DNA of 63,197 nt, filler included, from Licmophora abbreviata (lineage: Eukaryota), in assembly GCA_900291995.1 (NCBI GenBank). It is 8 parts of 8 records of this genome, joined end to end, with 100 filler letters (N's around TTAATTAATTAA, not from the genome) between each part and the next. Parts side by side here need not be neighbours in the genome. Positions count along the whole stretch, not along the records: positions 2,619 to 13,270 come from OLMU01000399.1; positions 13,371 to 18,679 come from OLMU01000400.1; positions 18,780 to 23,762 come from OLMU01000401.1; 5 more parts are not named here. The stretch is one strand, 5' to 3'. Under the pieces are notes generated by a model. That model had not been told where the DNA came from, did not search any database, and worked only from the letters and a program-made list of their open reading frames with translations. The translations under genes and the position numbers were made by a program. Below, one piece after another: positions 13,017 to 23,862 of the stretch (its first letter is position 1; each line of letters opens with the position of its first letter).

Positions 13017-13721
13017 ATGCGTGCTGGATTCACTTTGCTTCTCGTTTCCGCTGTATCGATCTCCCTCAAGGCATTCACGCCTGTTCCAGCGGTACACAAG
13101 ACATCCGTTGTGTCCTTGCATAGTAAGTGACTGCCGAGTCGCCCTTTCTGAAACCTACCCGCATTTCTCAATCTTCCTCTCTTGTTTCTCCATACTACTC
13201 TCAGTGGGCTACGTCCCCGATGGATTTACGCCGGAACAATGGAAGAAGAAGCAAGAGAAAGAACGACAGGNNNNNNNNNNNNNNNNNNNNNNNNNNNNNN
13301 NNNNNNNNNNNNNNTTAATTAATTAANNNNNNNNNNNNNNNNNNNNNNNNNNNNNNNNNNNNNNNNNNNNAAGCAAGAGAAAGAACGACAGGAAAAGAAA
13401 GGCAAGAACTTTGGAGCTTTCGGCCCCCAATCTTTCAAGAGTCGTTCGTTGCAAGCCTTTCACAAAGATCTCGAAAAGGGAAAGGCCGACCATCTCATGC
13501 CTGTCATGTTCGCCAAGGACCGTGTCAAAAAGGGAGAGCTAAAAGCAGAAGATGTCCCGTACATGCAACGTGGTGGATCGTGGGACAATACCGACGTGAA
13601 GGGTGCCAAGAAACGCAAATGGAGCAAGGCGGATCAAAAGTATGCGGATGAGACCGCGGGCAGTAGTAAAGGCGGTGGCAACAAAAGTCCCAAGTCCAAG
13701 AAACTGTTTGGAATGTGGTAG
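13017..13721 (+). CDS. Small plastid-targeted protein of unknown function; intron 13123-13204; spans gap 13271-13370
   Basis: Exon 1 MRAGFTLLLVSAVSISLKAFTPVPAVHKTSVVSLH (signal peptide plus AF motif) splices in frame to MGYVPDGFTPEQWKK; 22 bp duplicated either side of the gap lets the frame continue to KKLFGMW*. Confidence 0.85.
13271..13370. other. Scaffold gap with linker; flanks overlap by 22 bp
   Basis: AAGCAAGAGAAAGAACGACAGG is present on both sides of the N block. Confidence 0.97.
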
Positions 13722-14256
13722 ACGCGATTGACCACAAAGCTGCCATACAACAAGATGTTCAGCAATTCTCGGACGGGGGTCGCCGTCGGTGGATCTCCGT
13801 CTCCTGGCTCGGAAGCTCATCTTTGCACTCAACCGGATAAACTCGGGAAGCAGAGCCACTAGAAAGGACAATGACATAGCGAAAGCAAACGCAAGCTTAC
13901 TTCTAAATACAAACATTCAATGCTCTTCTTGTTCCCGGTCTAATTTAGTGTCTTGGGTTAGGAACTCTATAAAGAAGGCTGCTCTAAGAACGATGTACTC
14001 GCCCAGCGCTCGAAACAAAGATTGGAATGTTGGATGATCTATCGGTGGAGAATAACTCATGACAGTACAGTGGGTTGAGTGGCGCGATTGTGTCACAGAA
14101 GTATGTTCAGAAACGTGACGTTCTTCGCGGATGTTTGCATGGGCAGACAGTCATTGCTTGTCCATGAAGGTAAATACAATGCTCGTCGTGAGCAAAAGGG
14201 AGTGTTGACGATGTTGAGGAAGTAGGTGGTCACGCCTTGCAGTTTTTGTACACAAG

Positions 14257-15390
14257 TTAGGCTGGCGCCGGACGCCGTGGACGTTTCGTAGTGCGCTCGG
14301 CAGATGGACTGCCGGGGGAGATGGCGCGCTTCATGTCTCCTTTCGGATTCGGAGCACACTTGGGGAGGTCCTCTAAGGGAGCGGTTCGAGCTATCGCTTG
14401 CTGATTCTGTGCGTGGGAGACTGACGCTCTTTGCGCAGGCGTAGTCCGAATACTACAGGCGTCATCGTTTCGACGGAGCAGAACCTGAGACTCATCATCC
14501 CTTACCGACGTGTCGTCGTCCACGAAGGGGATGATGTGAGGACTGGACCCGCGATTTTCGCTGCTTCGTGCGTGGATGCTCTGTAGCCTAACGCGAAGAG
14601 TCACGAGCTCTTCGTCGTCTTGCGGAATGCCAGACGCTGCAACCATATTCTGGTACACAGCCTCACGGTTGGCCTTGCAACGTGAGGATTCGGTCGATGA
14701 CGTGTCTTCGCGAAGGGCGCAATGCAACGCCGCCAGGGCAACAACTATGCTCGATCGTCCCGAGAAGAAGGAGTCAAACACCGAAATCTCCACCAGGTAC
14801 GAGGCAGAGTCCGCCATGGATCGAACCCAGGTCCTATCTTCAGAGCCGGAGGGTGAGAGACGCAAGAAGGCCTGAAGAAACTGAAAAGGAGTCACGATGC
14901 GAAAGTCCCAGGAAAGGAGTTCCATCATACTTTCCCCAGCCTCTTTGATTTCGTCTAGCCGCACTCCATTTCTAGTCATTGATAGGAGATCCAGGACGTC
15001 CAGGTCGTCGGTCCCGGACACTCGTAATCCGAGGAAGAGTGCGGTCATGACGTATATCTCATAGTCTTTCTCTTCGACTCCAAGATGCGCCAAGCTTCGG
15101 ACAGCGCAATAACGGTCGAGGATATTCATGGTGATAAAAACTACATCACGTGGCCTTCCAAAATGATCCACCACATCGTAGCACCACTGCGAGACTTTTT
15201 CTCGCCAGAGCAGGTTCGGCGCACAGTTTCCGGCCGATGCTCGGAGCGCCGTGATATCCCGATTGCCGCTTAGCCTTTCCGTCTCATCCGCCAGCTGAGA
15301 AAGCTCTGAGCTCTCCACCAGAGCGCTGCACATCGTGGAGCGCCCCCTAAGAGAAGTGGTGAGCTCCTTCTCGACCTTGGCCAACGCCAT
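14257..15390 (-). CDS. Cyclin, diatom-specific cyclin (dsCYC) type
   Basis: Cyclin box WREKVSQWCYDVVDHF...VVFITMNILDRY, MTALFLGLRV, LSWDFRIVTPFQFL, ASYLVEISV. Confidence 0.88.
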   Translation of the reverse strand: MALAKVEKELTTSLRGRSTMCSALVESSELSQLADETERLSGNRDITALRASAGNCAPNLLWREKVSQWCYDVVDHFGRPRDVVFITMNILDRYCAVRSLAHLGVEEKDYEIYVMTALFLGLRVSGTDDLDVLDLLSMTRNGVRLDEIKEAGESMMELLSWDFRIVTPFQFLQAFLRLSPSGSEDRTWVRSMADSASYLVEISVFDSFFSGRSSIVVALAALHCALREDTSSTESSRCKANREAVYQNMVAASGIPQDDEELVTLRVRLQSIHARSSENRGSSPHIIPFVDDDTSVRDDESQVLLRRNDDACSIRTTPAQRASVSHAQNQQAIARTAPLEDLPKCAPNPKGDMKRAISPGSPSAERTTKRPRRPAPA

Positions 15391-15886
15391 GGAGACGCGG
15401 GCAAAGTGCCGATGATGTTTCAAGAAGTGACAAATTCTTGGCGTTGCGACTGGATGCGAGTGTGGTGTTGAAGACAAAAGATACTTCGGAACAAACTGTT
15501 CCAAACAAGCTGATTGGCTCGTCAGCACTCGTCTGATTGTCCGCCAAGTGTATCATGTTTTCTACTTATCAAGGTTTTGTCGCTATGACAGAAGAGACTG
15601 ACTCATTCTTACTTACGCGCGCAACTTGAAGCAGGCTGTGATTCGATTGATTCATTCAATCGGCCATTTTGGGGGGAGACGAGCGGATGACAACAGACAG
15701 ACGCCCACCGCAATGCTGCATTTTTGGCGCGCCATCATACGTTGATTTTCGTAAGCTCGTCGGGAGTCGAGCTGGATCGAGGAGGTGACAAAGACATCCG
15801 CTCTGGCAGCAGACCAGAGTGCATATCCCAAGATAGTAGCTAACCAGCCATAAGTCGTGTCTCTCTCTGTGTGTGTATTAGAATAG

Positions 15887-17002
15887 ATGAGTGGAGCAAG
15901 CAACAAGGAAAACTGCGACGATATCGTTCTTGCACATCAGTATCGAATCGCGCTCACCACCGCGCCGTCGCAGTCACAGTTCCGCGTGGTTGCTGTCGTG
16001 TTTCTACAAAGCACGACCGCTGACACATCTACTTCTTCACCCTCACCAGTTCCCTTCACCTGTCCATTGAAGAATCAACAGGACGGTCGGCAGTATGTTG
16101 TGGGCACCAATGATGAGCCAGGATATATTGGAGGGTCGATCTGCGCGGAGCGCGCAGCGTTGGTACAGTTGCGGTTCCTGCCCAATGCCCGGGTCACGAA
16201 GATTGTCATAACGACCGACTCTCACGGTCCAATCTCACCGGGAATGCTATGTCGCGAATTCATGGCTGGACATTCACTGGTTCCCTGGGACGTAGAAATT
16301 CTGCTAGGAGGGAGTTTGTGCCGTTGTTGCGGACTTGATGTATCGGGGAGCTGTAGTCAAGGCGTGTGCGCGCAGCTCGCCGAGTCCTGCCCCGGGGCTC
16401 AAATGAGAGATGATCATCACTGTTTTGACACCGTCAGTACCACACTTCGCGATCTGTATCCTTATCCATCCTGTTTCTCCAGGCTCAACGCTCTTGAGTC
16501 ACTTCAAAAAGGGAAGGCTTTTGTCGGCTTGTCTCTGGATTCGATGATGCTTCCCGACACCGCAACGTCGCTGCTAGACCTTTCCCCAGAAGAGAGGCGG
16601 ACATATTTGTTAAGCATGGCACAAAGCGCTGCCAGTGGTGACGACAGAAGAGATTTACACCCTATACAATTCGGAGCTAGCGTTCTCTACAGTGACGGGC
16701 GTACAGAAACTGCATATCAAAAGAAGGCTTTGGAGTATGGAAGCACACTGGATGCGGTCACTCAATTGACTGCAAGAATAGTGGACCAACCATCCTATCC
16801 CCTGCTTATTGTCCAGTCAGACCAATTTGGTATAGCCCATGCGCCTTTCGCGAATGCACGAGCATTCCTCATGGAACACGGGTATGGATCATGCATGGTT
16901 CTGTTGCACCAATTCAACGGCGATCGTGCAACTCTTATTTGCGTACGAGTCTCGGAGCTCGCTCCCAGTGCTCCGGACATGGGAAGCTTATGGACCGATT
17001 AA
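15887..17002 (+). CDS. Cytidine deaminase-like protein with two tandem CDA-fold domains
   Basis: FRVVAV...GTNDE...SICAERAAL...SPGMLCREFM...LRDLYP; second degenerate domain QFGASVLYSDG...LEYGSTLDAV...APFANARAFLMEHG. Confidence 0.8.
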   Translation: MSGASNKENCDDIVLAHQYRIALTTAPSQSQFRVVAVVFLQSTTADTSTSSPSPVPFTCPLKNQQDGRQYVVGTNDEPGYIGGSICAERAALVQLRFLPNARVTKIVITTDSHGPISPGMLCREFMAGHSLVPWDVEILLGGSLCRCCGLDVSGSCSQGVCAQLAESCPGAQMRDDHHCFDTVSTTLRDLYPYPSCFSRLNALESLQKGKAFVGLSLDSMMLPDTATSLLDLSPEERRTYLLSMAQSAASGDDRRDLHPIQFGASVLYSDGRTETAYQKKALEYGSTLDAVTQLTARIVDQPSYPLLIVQSDQFGIAHAPFANARAFLMEHGYGSCMVLLHQFNGDRATLICVRVSELAPSAPDMGSLWTD

Positions 17003-17038
17003 GATATATCGTTCTCTCTAGAATATTTATGAGTGACT

Positions 17039-18523
17039 TTAGAATGTCCCGTTTGAGCCCGGCACTTGCGTCTCTTCAAGCGTCGGCAACGTCAACAAGG
17101 GTTCCGTTGAAGATCGTGCGCGATCAGTGTCGTTTCGCCCTTGCAGCAAGCCACCAGGACTTCTTTTGAATTGGTCAATGAGTCCTCCTCGACCAAAGCG
17201 TTTCCAATCAAAGCGTTTGTCTTCGCTTTCATCCTCACCATCGTCCATGTCCTTGGCCGACGACACACTATCCTCGCCATCCGCACTGGCAGTCGTGAGA
17301 ATACCAACCGATTTGTATGAGCTCCACGACGCGCTGAGATCGTCATGATGTTTTGAGTCATTTCCTGGAGTATCATCAAACGGTTCTTTCATGCGTGTTT
17401 CAAGCTTTTGCCGTAATTGCTCCAGTTCAACCGCCGACTCGTTCTGCACATGAGCCAGATGGTTCTCGGCGTCCGTCAATTTAGACTTTGTATCCACGAG
17501 CTGATCATTCAGCTTCTGGACACTGGCTCCCAGTCGAGCATTCTCGCTCAACATGTCAAGGTATTTTAGAGCGCACTGTGACGCCTGAGGGTATGACACT
17601 AGCACGCGTCGTCGTTTCCACTTTCGCCTACGAAAGGGCCGATCCACCGTCATAGGCTTCCCGTTCGTTCTCTCGCCATTGTCGGTCGCCGACGACCAAC
17701 ACACATGAGCAGCATTCACAAGGAAGTGTTCGGGATCTTGGACATATGACCAACCATACTGATCGCAATCAACCTTGCGCTTCTGTATTTCTGGATGTTT
17801 ATCAATCATCCATCCCGACACCCACTGCCATGTGGCAAACTCGTCGTTGGGCAGTGGGTAGCCACTGGCTACGTCAATAAGCTTTGTCAAGGCTGCATCC
17901 GTCAGCACGCCTTGCTTTGGCGGCTGCTCCACTCCAAACATCCTTCTCGAGTGTTCCTGCTGCTGAGGCTTCAGGGTCGGCAAGGATCGAAATCGAATCG
18001 GAAAGTGACGAAGCGTGGACGTCCATTCGCCACGGAAAAAATACTGCCATTCGCAAATGTCTTCGACGGCAAATGCGTGTTCGAGCGCTTGGGCATGCCA
18101 TGGCATTATTTCAAGCAACCGGACAATATGCAGGGGAAGAGATGAAGTCGAGGGGGCACTGGATGCCGTTGAAATGGCGTCATTGTCAGCAGTCAGTGCG
18201 TCGAGTAGTTCCTTATACCCATCACGTTCAGTCTGTAGTGCGATCCATTCTTTGCGCGAGATGGATGGAAGTATGGGAGAAGTGGGATGCTCAATTGTCG
18301 TCTTGGATTGATGAGCTTTGGACGAAGGCGTTCCCGTGAGGATCTCCATGGCCTGCTGATCAGTGACTTCTCGCAGCATGGCCTCGAGTTCAGCTCGTTT
18401 CTTTCGTTCACGATCCAATTCGTCCAGGATGTCTCGCAAGACTCCTTCGTCGCGCTCGAGTGACGCTTCTTCATTCTCGCTTGCCACAGGAAATGACTTG
18501 GACCTTTCTAATTGATTGTTCAT
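17039..18523 (-). CDS. Coiled-coil protein with DysF (peroxin/dysferlin)-like domain
   Basis: WQWVSGWMID...DQYGWSY...FRRRKWKRRR is typical of DysF domains; heptad-rich flanks. Confidence 0.72.
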   Translation of the reverse strand: MNNQLERSKSFPVASENEEASLERDEGVLRDILDELDRERKKRAELEAMLREVTDQQAMEILTGTPSSKAHQSKTTIEHPTSPILPSISRKEWIALQTERDGYKELLDALTADNDAISTASSAPSTSSLPLHIVRLLEIMPWHAQALEHAFAVEDICEWQYFFRGEWTSTLRHFPIRFRSLPTLKPQQQEHSRRMFGVEQPPKQGVLTDAALTKLIDVASGYPLPNDEFATWQWVSGWMIDKHPEIQKRKVDCDQYGWSYVQDPEHFLVNAAHVCWSSATDNGERTNGKPMTVDRPFRRRKWKRRRVLVSYPQASQCALKYLDMLSENARLGASVQKLNDQLVDTKSKLTDAENHLAHVQNESAVELEQLRQKLETRMKEPFDDTPGNDSKHHDDLSASWSSYKSVGILTTASADGEDSVSSAKDMDDGEDESEDKRFDWKRFGRGGLIDQFKRSPGGLLQGRNDTDRARSSTEPLLTLPTLEETQVPGSNGTF

Positions 18524-18679
18524 GGTCTCGGATCCAGGACAAGGGAAAATGGGACGAAGAAAGTAAGCCTTTGCACTACCGTTCTCGTCGCCATCATCAG
18601 AGCCTTTGTTTGTCCTCGGCTCTGCAAGATTTGATTTTGACCTGAATATTTTCGGCTCGAAAGAGATTTATCTTTGTGG

Positions 18680-18779
18680 NNNNNNNNNNNNNNNNNNNNN
18701 NNNNNNNNNNNNNNNNNNNNNNNTTAATTAATTAANNNNNNNNNNNNNNNNNNNNNNNNNNNNNNNNNNNNNNNNNNNN
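18680..18779. other. Scaffold gap with linker
   Basis: N block with TTAATTAATTAA. Confidence 0.98.
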
Positions 18780-18827
18780 GCAAAACCACCAACACAGGCC
18801 CCACTCTCATCTTGATGCTGACTGATC

Positions 18828-20126
18828 ATGGGGCGTCGTGACCATCACCGCAGCAGCGACAAGCAAAGCCATGAGGACACTAAAAAGAGAAAGAGGAAAA
18901 GCGAAACAAAGGATGACAGGCTGCTTCGAAAGGCCAAGGAATACGTAGAACGCAACAAAAAGGAGCGCTCGTTGTCGCCGCCGCCATCCCATCACCGCGA
19001 CGACGACAAGACACGACATGATCGAACCGAAGACAAAGATCGACGGAAGCGCCGAGGGAGCGATTACAATAGTAGTGACTCGTCGTCGAGACATCGGAAA
19101 CACGGCCGGAAAGAGTCGAGTCGGAAAAAGAATAGCAGCCGAAAACGAAAAGCAGACGACGACGAGCATCACCGGAAGCGTTCTCATCACAAGGAAAAGC
19201 GCGACAAAAAGTCCCACAAGAAAGAAAAGAAGCAGAGCCGTGATAAGAACCATAAAGGCAAAATTGACAAGTCAAAGCTTTATCCCTTGGGATCGAAGCT
19301 CGGAAAGCCTCCGGAGGAACTGCTTGAGGCAGAAAAGGACTACTTTGCCTTCCATCGGCACTTGTGGACGTACCTGTACCGCGACGAAGGCAAATTTTTT
19401 GGGGACTTGTCATCTGAAGAAGCCCGTGAAGCCTTTGAACGTTTTGTGGAATGCTACAATGCGGGAAAACTTGAGACAGCCTACTACGACCCCAAGGGTC
19501 TTCCTTCGGAAGCTTTGGAGCAGAGCAAAACTACGCGTCACACGTGGGCCTTCCAGACGAGTCAGACGGAACGAGACAGCTTGCATATACTCCAGGAGGG
19601 CGTACGAAAGCAAACAGAGTACGACGCTGTCATAGAGCAGGCGTCGGTAGTCAAGGACTCATCCGTTGCGTCCATGCAGCCGCCATCCGAAACGCGCGTC
19701 GCAAAGTCGCAGGAGCAGCGGCTCGAGGAGCGCCGCGCGAATCGACGCCACCGAGAGTATGCCCGTACGGCAGAGGAAGAGTGCAGTGGTGGCAGAAAGG
19801 ACGGGCGGGAGAGAACGATTGAGAAACGAAAGGAAAAGGCCGCCACGATTCATGGATCGGCCAGGGATAGGGACGAAGCGAAGATGGGCGGGGTTGAACT
19901 TGACGATAGCACTTTGTACGGAGGTGGTGGATCCGAATATCAAGAAGCACTTGCGCGCGAGAAACGGAGAAAATCACAGAGAGAACAGAAACAGCATGCA
20001 CGCGTTGCGGAGCTGCAAAAGAAAGAGAAAGATCGGCAAAGCGCCATGTTGCAAATGCTGGGTCTGACAGGTATCAAGCCCGGACAAAAGATTGAAATCA
20101 AACCTAGGAACGATAACATCAACTAG
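18828..20126 (+). CDS. Lys/Arg/Ser-rich nuclear protein with SCI1 (style cell-cycle inhibitor)-like domain
   Basis: DYFAFHRHLWTYL...GKFFGDLSSEEAREAFERFVECYNAGKL resembles the SCI1-family core; highly basic low-complexity N-terminus. Confidence 0.7.
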   Translation: MGRRDHHRSSDKQSHEDTKKRKRKSETKDDRLLRKAKEYVERNKKERSLSPPPSHHRDDDKTRHDRTEDKDRRKRRGSDYNSSDSSSRHRKHGRKESSRKKNSSRKRKADDDEHHRKRSHHKEKRDKKSHKKEKKQSRDKNHKGKIDKSKLYPLGSKLGKPPEELLEAEKDYFAFHRHLWTYLYRDEGKFFGDLSSEEAREAFERFVECYNAGKLETAYYDPKGLPSEALEQSKTTRHTWAFQTSQTERDSLHILQEGVRKQTEYDAVIEQASVVKDSSVASMQPPSETRVAKSQEQRLEERRANRRHREYARTAEEECSGGRKDGRERTIEKRKEKAATIHGSARDRDEAKMGGVELDDSTLYGGGGSEYQEALAREKRRKSQREQKQHARVAELQKKEKDRQSAMLQMLGLTGIKPGQKIEIKPRNDNIN

Positions 20127-20152
20127 TCATCTGCAACGATTCTACGCTGACA

Positions 20153-21239
20153 TCATGTACGCTTACCCTCTGGTTCGTCTGTTCTGCCCTCCACCGGCGC
20201 ATCTGAACTGGGGTCTTGCGACGCCTCAAGCGCATCTCCAACATCAATGGATGTTACCGAAGGTGACGACGACACTGCACCAGGGAGATTGGCGAGAACG
20301 TGTGCAGCTTTTGCTTCGTACGAGTGCCGTTGAGCTGGATTGGTCCCTTCCCACAGCTTGTACACGTGATCGCGAACCAAGGTCTCCTCCGCGGGGCTCT
20401 CCATTGCGGGACAATTCATTTCCTTCGCCACACGTACGTGGTGTTCCTCAAAAAACCAATAGAAGGCATCGGTGGGTACATCCTTTGCTGTTGAGATGGT
20501 AAGCGGAGGATCTGCCGTTGCCGTAGGGCGGGTTCTCTTGAGACTAAGATTGTTTTGAACACCAAGCACAGATCAGAGGACGAAACAATAACGCGAGACA
20601 GGATATGAGGCCAGGAAGTCTTACATTGTCTTTCCGACTCCATTGCGCAACATGAGTCTGTCGCCCAGCGAAGATTGGGTGGAGCGTATGGTGCGAGCGA
20701 CACTTTTTAGCATTGACACACACAAACTAGGATGCAAATCACACTAAGCTGTACCTTTCGAGATAGTTCAGTCGCTGCTGCACCTGAAGCATACTCTCGT
20801 AGCCTTTGATGGCCAATAAGCTGGTTTGTTCCTGGATAAGCTTCTGTTGGATTATTTCCGGAGAGGGTTCCTCGATCTGCCAAGAGAGGGGGTGCGTCGG
20901 ATCTGCCGAGACGCGCTCCAGCACTGCAGCTTGCTGTAGAAACAGGTCAGAATGTTGTCGGTACATATCTGCCGCTAGTCGCAGGAGTTGTGCGGGTCGA
21001 TTTTCGGATCCTTCAGTTTGACCCTGCTCATACTGCTGCCATTGCTGATGCTGCTGATGCCGCCATCTCTGTGGATTCTGTTCCCACTGACGTCGCTGTT
21101 GCTCTTCCTGATGAGCCTGTTCGTCCTGCTGCTCTTGCGGAGGAGTGTCGGCTGATGCTGTCTCCTCCTGACGTCTTCGCTTGGCAGCTCGTTTCCGAGC
21201 TTTTTGTGGTGCTTTCTTTTCGACAGGACCATCGTCCAT
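20153..21239 (-). CDS. Hypothetical Gln-rich protein with C-terminal HMG-box-like domain; two introns (about 20703-20754 and 20545-20624); 3' end uncertain
   Basis: Spliced frame YLE-SVARTI...GKT-ILKRTRP; PTDAFYWFFEEH...YKLWEGTNPAQRHSYEAKA fits an HMG-box pattern; NLS-like RKRAAKRRR. Confidence 0.6.
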
Positions 21240-21472
21240 CGTCAAGCCGCCGATGATTTCTATAATGCGATCGGAGCACACCTAATATCAAGCATCATCA
21301 GCAGGCATGGTCGATGCAAAGCTCGCCGCGGTCCGGTCGCTCTCGTCGAAGATGTACTGACGGACGCCGAAAGGACGATTGAGATGCATGACGACGACGC
21401 AACTCAAAAAGGCCACGATCATCATCTCACCAAAAAGGACCGCTGGGACGACGAGCGACACTGACCGGCACC

Positions 21473-22204
21473 ATGGCGAGCGAAGAACGACTTGGCATTG
21501 CACGTGAATTGGTAGTGTCGACGCCCCCGGGACAGCTGGAAGTGATTTTGAAAGATCTGGAGGTGATTTTGGGGGCATCTGGAGAGCCTCTGACAGAAGC
21601 GCAGACTGCCCAGCTTCGAGGCGACTACCGTGAGCAGCAGCACCATCACGCCGAAGAGCAGGAGGCGACGAGACCAGAGGAACCGCCTCTAGCAGGTATT
21701 CTCTTTGACGAACTAGTGGACTACAAGAACAAGCGATATTCTTCGAAGGGAGTTGTGGCATCGTTTACGATTGCATCACAGGGAAGTGGATCCGTCCTCA
21801 CTGTGAGATCTTACGCAGAGCGGCTCGATGTCGGAAACTGTCACGCCGGATGCCTGAGTGCGAAATGGGTGATTGACAACCGAACCATCGTAGGCGATGT
21901 TCGGATGCATACTGTTTACCATGAAAGTGGGTTCACCCAACTTCGGACGAGTCGTTCGTTTGGCCCAGAGATCGTGGCACCTGACGCCAACGACGACGAG
22001 TCTGTGGCGAAGGGAGTTGTATCGCAGATCTCTGCATGGGAGAAGAATTTCATAGAGTCTCTGGGTACTTTGCAGGAGGACATGGGCACCAATCTGAAAA
22101 GCCTCCGCCGCGTGCTCCCTATCACACGCAAGAAATTGGATTGGACGGTTCATGCGCATCGAATGGCCAAGACGCTTGGTGATACAGCAAGTACGACAAA
22201 GTAG
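21473..22204 (+). CDS. CAPZA: F-actin capping protein alpha subunit
   Basis: STPPGQLEVILKDL, VYHESG, C-terminal LKSLRRVLPITRKKLDW. Confidence 0.88.
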   Translation: MASEERLGIARELVVSTPPGQLEVILKDLEVILGASGEPLTEAQTAQLRGDYREQQHHHAEEQEATRPEEPPLAGILFDELVDYKNKRYSSKGVVASFTIASQGSGSVLTVRSYAERLDVGNCHAGCLSAKWVIDNRTIVGDVRMHTVYHESGFTQLRTSRSFGPEIVAPDANDDESVAKGVVSQISAWEKNFIESLGTLQEDMGTNLKSLRRVLPITRKKLDWTVHAHRMAKTLGDTASTTK

Positions 22205-22252
22205 ATAGATCTTGTGTCAAACTTGTTTGTCAAAGTAGCCTTTAGAATACTC

Positions 22253-23659
22253 TTATCCGTCCTCCCAGGAAATGGTAGACTCTTCAATACTTTCGTTTGA
22301 AGGACCTCCAAAAGAATTCGTCCCTTTCTCCGGGGTAAGCCCCAGCAGCTCAATCTGTCGACCCATTTGAATCTTGTACTGGGCTTGAAAGGCGGCTCGT
22401 CGCTCGTCGTCAGTAAGATTCTTCAATTCGTCTATTTCATCAATAGCGAAAATGTCGTTCTCTTCATCGACAAGGCCGACGTCACCATCCTCATCCTCGA
22501 GTCGAGCAAGATGAAGCAGTCGCGATCGTTCCATTTCCGCTTCCCGCTTTGTCCGACCGATATTGTTCTTGAGAAAAGAAAATCCTCTGTCCTGCACGTC
22601 TAGTTTCTTCTTGGAATTTTCCGCTTCCATCCTCTTCAGCCGTTTTCGCTTCTCCAATACCATTCGAACGTACACGGGCAGATCCACACCAACACGACTT
22701 GCCGCGGCATCCATCAGTTTCCGTCGTCGACGTCGGTTCGTTGCCAAGAGATTCGCCCGTGCACCCCCTCCCTTTTCCACTGTAAAAGAAATTTCTTGTC
22801 CAATCGCATTCTTGAGAAACGTCAAATCGCCGCCTTCCTCAGTACGACTGGCTCCAAAGGTCGCGCTCGTCACACCTTGTTGTTGCAGCTTTTTGGCTTT
22901 GATACCAGCGGTACGACCCGTTCCTGCCAAGCGCCTCGAGCCGATCCCGAGTTCGAAGTTATCCGACGGTAAGTTGGACGAGAGCGGCCCTTTCTGCTTT
23001 CCACTTCGAATCTTTTGTAGCAAATCGTAGATGCTGGAGCGAAGTTGCGTGTTTCCGATCATCTTGCCCGACATTTGGACCTGGAAGCGCCGCAGATTGT
23101 CCACGGCGAGGTTCAGCTCCTTAGTATTGTCCACGAGCCGCAAAGTGTATGTTTCTAGGGCCGGCGGGTTCGGGTCCGCCTCGTACGTCTGGACGCACTC
23201 TTGACACAAGAAGAGCCCAGTAGTGGGATCGACCACTTGCTGCGCCTCTGTTTCTGAATACCGCCCGTTGCATCGCTTCTCCTTATAGCCAGGACATAAG
23301 TAGAAGCTACTCGACCGCGCTTGAATTTCCGCTTGCTCTAGTTGCTTTCGCAGCAAGTGCAATCGAAGTCGAATTGCATTCACCGCATGATTGTAATCAA
23401 TGTACCAAAACTTGGTCGCTTGACTTCCCCCCGAGCTCAAATCATCCACCAATTCAAACTTTACAATGTGCTCCTCCACCAAAAGCTGGAGCGTACGACG
23501 TAGCTGTTTGGCAGGAAGCGAGAGTCGTGGTCCCATGTCGTCGTCGCGCAAGTAGTGGTCACGGAGGAGCACATCCACCAAGCTCACGGCGTCGTCGTCG
23601 TAGAAGGCTCGGGCGACTGTCGCAATCAAGGCTTCTACATATACAGTGGCATCAGACAT
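22253..23659 (-). CDS. GTF2E1: General transcription factor TFIIE alpha subunit
   Basis: VARAFY winged-helix N-terminus, FWYIDY, Zn ribbon CPG...C...Y...GLFLCQEC, acidic C-terminus ending WEDG. Confidence 0.88.
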   Translation of the reverse strand: MSDATVYVEALIATVARAFYDDDAVSLVDVLLRDHYLRDDDMGPRLSLPAKQLRRTLQLLVEEHIVKFELVDDLSSGGSQATKFWYIDYNHAVNAIRLRLHLLRKQLEQAEIQARSSSFYLCPGYKEKRCNGRYSETEAQQVVDPTTGLFLCQECVQTYEADPNPPALETYTLRLVDNTKELNLAVDNLRRFQVQMSGKMIGNTQLRSSIYDLLQKIRSGKQKGPLSSNLPSDNFELGIGSRRLAGTGRTAGIKAKKLQQQGVTSATFGASRTEEGGDLTFLKNAIGQEISFTVEKGGGARANLLATNRRRRRKLMDAAASRVGVDLPVYVRMVLEKRKRLKRMEAENSKKKLDVQDRGFSFLKNNIGRTKREAEMERSRLLHLARLEDEDGDVGLVDEENDIFAIDEIDELKNLTDDERRAAFQAQYKIQMGRQIELLGLTPEKGTNSFGGPSNESIEESTISWEDG

Positions 23660-23762
23660 CGAATCAAAGCAGCATGACGCTTCAAGCCTTGACTGCTGAT
23701 CAAAGTTGTTCAAGCAGTCACACAATAGGCCAAAAGTGTGTGTTGGAAGGCATCATCTCATC

Positions 23763-23862
23763 NNNNNNNNNNNNNNNNNNNNNNNNNNNNNNNNNNNNNN
23801 NNNNNNTTAATTAATTAANNNNNNNNNNNNNNNNNNNNNNNNNNNNNNNNNNNNNNNNNNNN
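23763..23862. other. Scaffold gap with linker (true gap probably longer; 5' end of the next gene is missing)
   Basis: N block with linker; downstream ORF begins mid-domain. Confidence 0.95.

Noticed and set aside
13249..13392. 22-bp direct repeat around the gap (and 21-bp at 30584-30725) as target-site duplications
   Set aside because: Unmerged contig-end overlaps; collapsing them restores continuous reading frames
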